A stretch of DNA of 22,157 nt, taken from positions 1 to 22,157 of the forward strand of contig JAZGDW010000186.1 in the NCBI GenBank assembly GCA_036478295.1, read 5' to 3'. A program made the translations under genes and the position numbers. The stretch is from Candidatus Krumholzibacteriia bacterium (GTDB lineage Bacteria; Krumholzibacteriota; Krumholzibacteriia; WVZY01). The notes beneath the pieces were generated by a model. That model was not told where the DNA came from. It searched no databases and worked only from the letters and a program-made list of their open reading frames with translations. Of the stretch, positions 15,793-22,157 are shown piece after piece; position 1 is the stretch's first letter; every line of letters starts with the position of its first letter.

Positions 15793-18312
15793 ATGATATC
15801 CCGACGCAATAGCGCCGCCACGTGTCTCGCGTGTGCGTGCCTCGCTGTCTTACTCGTCGGCACCGCGGCCGCCCGCTATGTCCCCGCCCGCGGTAAGGGA
15901 AACGGGACAGGCCCCAACCGGGTTCTGGTCCTGGATGGCAAGAGCGTCCACAATGTCGGCCAGCTTCAAATGCATCTCTTGAACTGGGGCGAATGGGGAT
16001 CGCGCCCCGGTTCCGCAGAGCCGTACTCGTTCGCACCGTCGGCCCAGTGGCCGGCGGGAAGCGGTGTGGAATATCTCTTCAGCGCGGGCTTGTGGGTCGG
16101 CGCAATACGCAGCGGTATCCCCTCGGTTTCGACGGCGGCATTCGAGAACGAGTTCAGACCGTCGCCGGACCCACGCGAGAGTATCTACAGCGCATCGGCC
16201 GGCGTAGAAGGCGGCAACCGGCTGCCGTCAAAGGATGCCGACGACGACGGGGACGGTCTGATCGACGAAGACCCGCTGGACGGTTACGATAACGATGGGG
16301 ACGGGCTAATCGATGAAGACTTCGGCGCGATCTCGACCAAGATGTTTACGTGCCGCTACAGCGACGTCGAGCCCGTCAGCCGGCAGATTTACCCGGAACA
16401 CAACCCGCTACACATACTGGTCCGGCAGGAGAGCTACCAGTGGGACGGTGACCGGTTCGACGATTTCATCGGTGTCGAATACCATATCACGAACATCGGG
16501 GACGAGACGCTAGAGGACGTCTATATCGGGATGTTCCTGGACCCCGACGCCGGTCCGCGGGATAAGTCCAATTACTGGGAAGACGATCTCGTCGGCCGGA
16601 CATTCGCCGGCGTGATCTGCACCGACAGGGGCCCGGCCCAGGTGGACGTCGCCTACGCGTACGACGCCGACGGTGACGACGGTCAAACGCCGGGGTACTT
16701 CGGCGTCATGTTCCTGGGACATACGACCGATCCGCTGGGTCTGTCCGCGCCAGCGGACGTAGGTATCCGGACATTCGCCCATTTCTCCGGCAAGCAGATC
16801 TTCGCACTCGGCGGCGACCCCAACACCGATTTTGAGCGCTACGAGCTTCTCGCCCAAGGTTCGGTGGAGCCGAACCCCGACCTGCCGCGGGATTACCGGA
16901 TGCTGGTAAGCACCGGCCCCTTCCGGCTGCTGCCCCCGGACAGCACCCTGGTGCTGCAGCTGGCGTTCGTCATCGGGGCGGGCGAGGTCAGTACGATCGC
17001 GAACGGCGCCAACGCTTTCGTTGCTTTCGCCGGGGCGTGGTTCGACCTCGACGACGACCCGCTGACCGGCATCCAGGGCCGGGAAACTCCGAGGACCGGA
17101 CCGGTGGCCGCCGTGTGGGAGGACAGCTGCCGTATAATCACGTTGATCAAAAAAGGATGCGACTGGGAGCGCCGGGACAAGAGATTCAACGACGAGGTCC
17201 GCCACGTTCCCGATGGTGTCACCGTCTGGTCGAACGCCGATTGTGTGCTCGAGTGCGTCTACAAAGGCTCGTGCGGCTACGCAGAGGCCGACAGCCTCAC
17301 GTTCCGGACCGGGGTGGCGGGCAGGGAAGGACACGTCAACTGGATTCTCCAGGGTACGCCTCCGCCTCCACCGCGTATGCGAGTCGACGACCATTCGCGA
17401 GAGGGTGTGGTGCTTTATTGGGACAACCTCAGTGAGCTGATCCCGGATGTTCGGACGCAGCGCATCGACTTCGAAGGCTACCGCATCTGGCGCGCGGACA
17501 ACTGGACCCGGCCGTTGGGAACGTCCGTGGAGAACGGTCCCCCGACGGAGCTGTGGGCCGCTCTGGTTCAGGCGGATCGCATCAACGATATCGGCGAGGA
17601 CACCGGCCTGAATCAGTATCGTTATGCCCCGCTTACCCATGTGCTCGCTCCCGCGCGCAAGCGGGATTTCATAAACTACATCAAGGAGTACACGAAGGAA
17701 TTCCCGGACAAGGAGCCCATGTGCCCACAGGGCGTCTCGCAGGAGGTGTGCGATACACTAAAGGCGCTCGCCAAGTGGGAAATGGGCCTCGAGGGTGGCC
17801 GACAGTACTACCGTTTTGTGGATGCGTCCGTCCAACTCGGCCGTCCGTACTTCTACTCCGTGGTCGCGTTCGATAATGATGTCAGTGATGGCATTGGTTT
17901 TCCCAAGAACCAGGCGGGTGACCCGGCCTCGAACTTCGTGTACGTCGAGCCCAAGAGCGCCTCGCAGTTGCCTTCCGCCTACGACGAGGACCGGATCTAC
18001 GTCGTCCCCAATCCCGCTACCCCGGAAACGATGGACGCCTGGCGGCTGGATCCGACCAACGAGGACCCGTCGGGTATCAAGGTGGAGTTCCGAAATCTGC
18101 CGCCGTCCCGCGGTACGATCCGCATCTACACCCTGTCCGGGGATCTGGTGAAGGAAATAAGCTTTGACGCGAGCGGCGGTGTGGGTACGGTGAAATGGGA
18201 CCTGGTAAGCCGAAACCGCCAGGACGTGGCGAGCGGCGTCTATCTCTACGCCATCGAATTCCAGGACGGCGGCTTCAGCCGCGTGGTCAAGAAGTTCACC
18301 GTGATTCGTTGA
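15793..18312 (+). CDS. Large secreted protein with Ca-binding DxDxDG motifs and a C-terminal T9SS/FlgD-like sorting domain
   Basis: Signal peptide, WPAGSGVEYLFSAGLWVGA segment, two D(D/N)DGDGLIDED motifs, an FN3-like region (VVLYWDN..E...DFEGYRIWR; YFYSVVAFD), and tail IYVVPNP...IRIYTLSGDLVK...WDLVSRNRQDVASGVYLYAI...KFTVIR. Confidence 0.85.
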   Translation: MISRRNSAATCLACACLAVLLVGTAAARYVPARGKGNGTGPNRVLVLDGKSVHNVGQLQMHLLNWGEWGSRPGSAEPYSFAPSAQWPAGSGVEYLFSAGLWVGAIRSGIPSVSTAAFENEFRPSPDPRESIYSASAGVEGGNRLPSKDADDDGDGLIDEDPLDGYDNDGDGLIDEDFGAISTKMFTCRYSDVEPVSRQIYPEHNPLHILVRQESYQWDGDRFDDFIGVEYHITNIGDETLEDVYIGMFLDPDAGPRDKSNYWEDDLVGRTFAGVICTDRGPAQVDVAYAYDADGDDGQTPGYFGVMFLGHTTDPLGLSAPADVGIRTFAHFSGKQIFALGGDPNTDFERYELLAQGSVEPNPDLPRDYRMLVSTGPFRLLPPDSTLVLQLAFVIGAGEVSTIANGANAFVAFAGAWFDLDDDPLTGIQGRETPRTGPVAAVWEDSCRIITLIKKGCDWERRDKRFNDEVRHVPDGVTVWSNADCVLECVYKGSCGYAEADSLTFRTGVAGREGHVNWILQGTPPPPPRMRVDDHSREGVVLYWDNLSELIPDVRTQRIDFEGYRIWRADNWTRPLGTSVENGPPTELWAALVQADRINDIGEDTGLNQYRYAPLTHVLAPARKRDFINYIKEYTKEFPDKEPMCPQGVSQEVCDTLKALAKWEMGLEGGRQYYRFVDASVQLGRPYFYSVVAFDNDVSDGIGFPKNQAGDPASNFVYVEPKSASQLPSAYDEDRIYVVPNPATPETMDAWRLDPTNEDPSGIKVEFRNLPPSRGTIRIYTLSGDLVKEISFDASGGVGTVKWDLVSRNRQDVASGVYLYAIEFQDGGFSRVVKKFTVIR
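16240..16320 (+). repeat. Duplicated 33-nt coding repeat for D(D/N)DGDGLIDED
   Basis: 16240-16272 and 16288-16320 encode near-identical 11-aa acidic loops that differ mostly at synonymous positions. Confidence 0.8.
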
Positions 18313-18344
18313 CGTGCCCGGCGACGCCGCGCCTCAAGATGCCG

Positions 18345-18373
18345 TTGCCAGATGATAGCAAAGCGGGTATGAT
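18345..18373 (+). promoter_or_regulatory. Putative sigma70 promoter of the tRNA cluster
   Basis: TTGCCA (18345-18350), 17 nt, TATGAT (18368-18373), followed by a GC-rich discriminator-like stretch. Confidence 0.7.
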
Positions 18374-18457
18374 ACGGGCTCGGTTCGACGGCTCAGCGAC
18401 CCGGAAGCAGGCGGCCGTCTACGTTGGTTGCGGTTTTTGAATTAGATTAGCAAAGCT

Positions 18458-18544
18458 GGAGGGCTAGTCCTAACTGGTAAGGCAGCGGTCTTGAAAACCG
18501 CCGGGTTTACGCCCATGGGGGTTCGAATCCCCCGCCCTCCGCCA
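18458..18544 (+). tRNA. tRNA-Ser (anticodon TGA)
   Basis: Acceptor GGAGGGC/GCCCTCC, discriminator G, encoded CCA. Anticodon arm GCGGT-CTTGAAA-ACCGC, long variable arm GGGT-TTAC-GCCC, T arm GGGGG-TTCGAAT-CCCCC. Confidence 0.95.
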
Positions 18545-18557
18545 GGCAGACTTGATG

Positions 18558-18648
<91 letters not shown>

Positions 18649-18677
18649 ACTTTTTGACCTCCGTGAGAAGGTTGGCG

Positions 18678-19070
18678 ATGCGAACCCTTATTGAGCTAAA
18701 ACGGATCGAGCTGTGGTCGCTCTTCAAGATCGCGTTTGTTTTGTACGCGGCCCTCGGCCTGCTCATGGGAATCATGTACGGCTTTTTTATCCTGGTCGCG
18801 GGCAGTCTGCAGACCGCGTTTCTGGGCGACGACTTTCCGAAGTTCGGGATCCTGGGCGGGTTGCTGGGTATCGTGCTCGTTCCCGTTATCGCAGTGTTTT
18901 ATGGCGCGATCGGCTCCGTCTTTGTTACGGTCGGCGGGTTTATCTTCAATCTGGTCGCGGGAATGGTGGGGGGGTTGCGAATCGAAACCAATGTGGTTAG
19001 TATGAGCCAACCGGGACAGGCGGCGGCGCCGGCACCCGAGCTGGAACCACCGGCTTCGCCGGTCGTATAA
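18678..19070 (+). CDS. Small membrane protein, DUF3566-like
   Basis: GAAGG before ATG 18678. ELKRIELWSLFKIAF start, two long Gly-rich hydrophobic segments, and a FIFNLVAGMVGGLRIE end resemble DUF3566. Confidence 0.75.
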   Translation: MRTLIELKRIELWSLFKIAFVLYAALGLLMGIMYGFFILVAGSLQTAFLGDDFPKFGILGGLLGIVLVPVIAVFYGAIGSVFVTVGGFIFNLVAGMVGGLRIETNVVSMSQPGQAAAPAPELEPPASPVV

Positions 19071-19085
19071 GTCGACAAAACTGGT

Positions 19086-19162
19086 GCGCCCGTAGCTCAA
19101 TTGGATAGAGCGTCTGGCTACGGACCAGGAGGCTGGGGGTTCGAGCCCCTCCGGGCGCACCA
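19086..19162 (+). tRNA. tRNA-Arg (anticodon ACG)
   Basis: Acceptor GCGCCCG/CGGGCGC, A73, CCA. D arm GCTC/GAGC with A20, anticodon arm TCTGG-CTACGGA-CCAGG, T arm GGGGG-TTCGAGC-CCCTC. Confidence 0.97.
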
Positions 19163-19290
19163 CTCCTCACTGCGGCATCCCACATCGTTGGCTGGTGTTC
19201 TTCTACTGCAACACGTTATGGCTTCGTGCGGCGTCGAACGGGCTATGCGGTCTTTTTCAAACTACCATTCCAGGGCAGTATTCAGCGACG

Positions 19291-20031
19291 TTAGTCCTCC
19301 AGGTCAAACCTCGCGCTTACCCGGGCGGTTATCGCGATATGTCCAGGTGCCGTAGGTCCTTTGAGCTTTTGTGATTCCCTGGCATCCACGACAACGTTCT
19401 GCGGTCCCCGGCTCTGTGCCCGCCCCCAATGGCCGTAGGAAGACCGCCAGTTCGAACTGGTCACATGGATTGAGCGCACTTTTCCCAGGTTCTGCCCCAG
19501 TTTCTCCGCCACCGCTTTAGCTCTATCCTTGGCCGCAGCTATTGCCAAAGCCTCCGCCTCGTCGCGATACTTCTGGAGTTCGGTCGTTCGAAACTCAACG
19601 CCGTGGACATAGTTGACCCCCGACTCGAGGAATCTCGAGAGCAAAGTTTCGAACTCGCTGATGTCGCGGAGCGTGACAACAACCGTCTTCCGCACGACAT
19701 AACGAAGAAAGTTCCCTCTGTCGTGTCGATCCTTGTAGTGGGGCTGTATATTAAGGAATTCCGTTCGAACATCCTTCGAGGCGATACCAACCGACTCCGC
19801 GACGCTAAAGAGAGCGTTGACGCGCTCGTCATTGTCCCGTTTGGCCGTTGCGAGATCAGCGTCAAATGTTTCAATGCCGACTGTCAAAATGACCTGGTCC
19901 GGAACAACACGAACCTCAGCGTGCCCATCGACCGAAATCGTGGCAGTCCCGTCCAGTTGTGCCGTGACCGGTTGCCAGCTGAGGGCGATCGCGGCGGCTG
20001 CGAGCGACGCCACTAGTCTTGTTGTACACAT
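19291..20031 (-). CDS. SIMPL domain (DUF541/YggE-like) periplasmic protein
   Basis: AAGGTGG RBS before ATG 20031, signal peptide, TISVDGHAEVRVVPD, GVNYVHGVEF, ALAIAAAKDRAKAVAEKLGQNLGKVRSI, and PGHIAITARVSARF. Confidence 0.9.
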   Translation of the reverse strand: MCTTRLVASLAAAAIALSWQPVTAQLDGTATISVDGHAEVRVVPDQVILTVGIETFDADLATAKRDNDERVNALFSVAESVGIASKDVRTEFLNIQPHYKDRHDRGNFLRYVVRKTVVVTLRDISEFETLLSRFLESGVNYVHGVEFRTTELQKYRDEAEALAIAAAKDRAKAVAEKLGQNLGKVRSIHVTSSNWRSSYGHWGRAQSRGPQNVVVDARESQKLKGPTAPGHIAITARVSARFDLED

Positions 20032-20328
20032 GGTTCCCACCACCTTTCCGCGCCGACGGAACGTTCCGCAGCCGCAAGGCATGGGTCCAATGCGGACCGT
20101 TACGTAGAACGGGCGCGGTATGAAGACGTGTGCGGGGTTGTAACGTGGGGGGTTATCGGGTGAGGCTACCTATAACATTTGTGTGGTAACTCTCTTTGTC
20201 AAGTAGTATCGCGGAGCGCGATGCCGGACGCACGGTTGAGGACGACAGCTATCAGTGGTAAAGCGTCGTCATGGCCTCAACGATGGTTCGTACAATTCCC
20301 ACCGAAGCGTACCACTACTTAAAAGTTC

Positions 20329-20358
20329 TTGACAGTCCTCTCTCACCGCGAATAGTAT
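20329..20358 (+). promoter_or_regulatory. Putative sigma70 promoter of the B12 riboswitch leader
   Basis: TTGACA (20329-20334), 18 nt, TAGTAT (20353-20358), about 20 nt upstream of the aptamer. Confidence 0.65.
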
Positions 20359-20375
20359 TCGCGTACATAACAACA

Positions 20376-20534
20376 GCACTCCAGGTGCTCGTTTTGAGTG
20401 AAAAGGGAAGAGGGTGTGAATCCCTCACGGACCCGCCACTGTGATTGGCGAGTCTGCCGTCCGCTACCACCGGCTTCGCCGAGAAGGAGGACGGCCGACG
20501 TTTGAGCCATGAGTCAGGAGACCTGCCTGGAGCA
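20376..20534 (+). ncRNA. Cobalamin (B12) riboswitch, class I-like
   Basis: P1 CTCCAGG (20379-20385)/CCTGGAG (20526-20532), AGGTGC, AAAAGGGAA, GAGGGTGTGAATCCCTC, CCCGCCACTGTG, a long peripheral extension, and B12 box GAGTCAGGAGACCTGCC. Lies upstream of a TonB-dependent receptor. Confidence 0.95.
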
Positions 20535-20545
20535 ACCATTGCCTG

Positions 20546-20584
20546 GACCTCTTCGAGGAGTAAGAGAAAGGGTCTTTTGGTTTT
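20546..20584 (+). terminator. Expression-platform terminator-like hairpin of the B12 riboswitch
   Basis: GACCTCTTC (20546-20554) pairs with GAAAGGGTC (20566-20574) with one mismatch, followed by TTTTGGTTTT. Confidence 0.6.
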
Positions 20585-20624
20585 CCTTCTGAAATATTTT
20601 CGATCTGCGCCGCAACGCCTGCCC

Positions 20625-22157
20625 ATGCGTGCGCGCCTCGTTGTGACGCTCGCTGCGGCTGCCGTGCTCGCCACGAGTCCGCGAGTACCGGGTGCATCGG
20701 GCCGCGCCGTCGAAGACCGCGCAGCACCCGCGGATACCGTTTATACGGCGCCCGAGATCGTGGTCGAGGCGGCCCGCATCACACCGGGCATCGACGACAT
20801 TTTCCGGCGGCCCGGGTTCGTCGCGGTGCTCGACGTCGGCGCGCGACAAGACCGTGTGGAAGACCTGGCATCGGTGCTGTCGCAGATGGCCGGCATCCGT
20901 GTGCGCCAGTACGGCGGACTGGGGAGCTTTGCGACGGTGTCCATCCGCGGCTCGTCCGCCAACCAGGTGGAGGTGTATCTCGACGGCGTACCGCTGAACG
21001 ACGCCTACCTGGGTGTGGCCAATCTCAGTGACCTGCCGCTCGGCGGGGTCGAGCGCATCGAGGTCTTCCGCGGCTTTGCGCCGCCGCACCTCGGGTCCTC
21101 CGCCATCGGCGGCGCCGTCAATCTCGTTACCAGCGATGAATCGAAGTGGGCCGAGCAGGCCGTTCTCTCGCGCGTGGAGGCGCGCGAATCGTACGGGTCG
21201 TTCGGCACGGCGCGCCACACCCTGTCGTTGTGGTCGCACCCCGGAAGCGTGAAGTTGTTCTTTCACGGGAGCTATCTCGAGAGCCAGGGTGATTTCGATT
21301 TCGTCGACGATCAAACCACGCCGCTGAACCCCGACGACGATGAAACGGTCACACGCGCGAACAACGACTTTCATGCGTGGAATCTCCTCGGACGTATCCA
21401 GCGGCCGGTGCCGGGGGCGGGGCAGCTGACGCTCAGCCATACCGCCCTGATTCGTGAGCAGGGCGTGCCGGGCGTGGGCTCGTTTCAGTCGAAGACGGCA
21501 CGGTCGGAACGGGAACGCCATATTACAAACGCGCAGTTCACCGCTCGGCCGCTCTTTGGAAAGAAACTGCACGCGTTCGCCGCCGGCTTTTATTCGAACG
21601 CGCGTGAGCAATTTCATGACCTCGACGGCGAGATATCGCTCATTCCACAGGACACGGACAACTCCTTCCGTACCTGGGGGGGCAACGTGCGTGCGCGCCT
21701 GGACGTCCCGCGGGCACCGGTGGCGGTGGAGGTGTTCCACCAGTCGAAGAACGAGCGCTTCCGTCCCCGCACACGGATTCCCACGCCGTCCGAGGGACCA
21801 GACCGCACCCGTTCCACACGCAACACGACGGTGTCGGGAGACCTGTTTCTACACCGGCTGGGCGTCGTCTTGACCGCGGCTGCGAATTACGAAGATCAGA
21901 CTACGGAGTTCTATGACCCGCCGCGCTTTCCCTGGCTGCCTCCCACGCCGCAGGGCAAGATCGAGCGCAGCGAACACTCGCCCCGCTATGGATTCCGCTG
22001 GCTGGCCACGCCCTATCTGACCGTCAAGGGCAACTGGGGCCGCTATTTCCGGCGGCCGACGACCCTGGAGTTGTTCGGCAACACCGGCTCGGTCACAGGC
22101 AGTGCCGACCTCGAGCCCGAAGAGGGGCTGAACCGGGACGCCGGCTTCATCGTGTCC
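20625..22157 (+). CDS. btuB: TonB-dependent receptor, BtuB-like cobalamin transporter (3'-truncated)
   Basis: Own translation from ATG 20625; the frame runs to the window end, which explains its absence from the ORF track. It gives a signal peptide, TonB box-like PEIVVEAAR, plug VRQYGGLGSFATVSIRGSSANQVEVYLDGVPLN...VERIEVFRG...AIGGAVNLVT, and barrel motif YFRRPTTLELFG...DLEPEEG. Substrate is inferred from the riboswitch. Confidence 0.9.
   Translation, partial: MRARLVVTLAAAAVLATSPRVPGASGRAVEDRAAPADTVYTAPEIVVEAARITPGIDDIFRRPGFVAVLDVGARQDRVEDLASVLSQMAGIRVRQYGGLGSFATVSIRGSSANQVEVYLDGVPLNDAYLGVANLSDLPLGGVERIEVFRGFAPPHLGSSAIGGAVNLVTSDESKWAEQAVLSRVEARESYGSFGTARHTLSLWSHPGSVKLFFHGSYLESQGDFDFVDDQTTPLNPDDDETVTRANNDFHAWNLLGRIQRPVPGAGQLTLSHTALIREQGVPGVGSFQSKTARSERERHITNAQFTARPLFGKKLHAFAAGFYSNAREQFHDLDGEISLIPQDTDNSFRTWGGNVRARLDVPRAPVAVEVFHQSKNERFRPRTRIPTPSEGPDRTRSTRNTTVSGDLFLHRLGVVLTAAANYEDQTTEFYDPPRFPWLPPTPQGKIERSEHSPRYGFRWLATPYLTVKGNWGRYFRRPTTLELFGNTGSVTGSADLEPEEGLNRDAGFIVS

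Noticed and set aside
18458..18544. Selenocysteine or opal-suppressor tRNA, because of TGA in the anticodon loop
   Set aside because: Anticodon TGA reads UCA (Ser). tRNA-Sec has anticodon TCA, an 8-bp acceptor stem and a long D-stem, none of which is present.
19163..19295. Integron attC site after the SIMPL stop codon (GACTAAC on the minus strand)
   Set aside because: It does not fit RYYYAAC, no matching GTTRRRY box with a paired stem was found, and there is no intI.
20170..20202. Minus-strand promoter for the SIMPL gene
   Set aside because: A TTGACA is present, but no acceptable -10 hexamer lies at 16-18 nt spacing, so it was not called.

Overview
GC-rich bacterial chromosomal window, mostly + strand. 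It shows no transposase, integrase, CRISPR array or rRNA. Gene content (FlgD/T9SS-type C-terminal sorting-domain proteins, a PorV/FadL-like barrel, sigma70-consensus promoters, Shine-Dalgarno use) suggests a non-Bacteroidota member of the FCB group such as Krumholzibacteria, Latescibacteria or Eisenbacteria; this is inference. Order: 5'-truncated FlgD-CTD secreted protein; small Arg-rich secreted protein; amidohydrolase-3; L-lysine 6-transaminase (lat); FmdB zinc-ribbon protein (-); orphan MalK-type ABC ATPase; SAM methyltransferase; TonB/TolA-like, ExbB and ExbD; lipoprotein; outer-membrane barrel; TPR protein; C-type mnmA; membrane-anchored gluzincin; 839-aa CTD protein; tRNA-Ser(TGA), tRNA-Ser(GCT), a DUF3566-like gene and tRNA-Arg(ACG); SIMPL protein (-); cobalamin riboswitch; 3'-truncated BtuB-like TonB-dependent receptor that is absent from the ORF track. 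Best leads: (1) an unassigned attenuator/riboswitch-like RNA at 2206-2310 with mutually exclusive terminator and antiterminator pairings ahead of the amidohydrolase; (2) an envelope cluster that may serve export or processing of CTD-bearing proteins; (3) a perfect palindrome over the -10 box of the B12 riboswitch promoter; (4) a tRNA-Ser with an apparent D-stem bulge. All structures were paired by eye and no searches were run.
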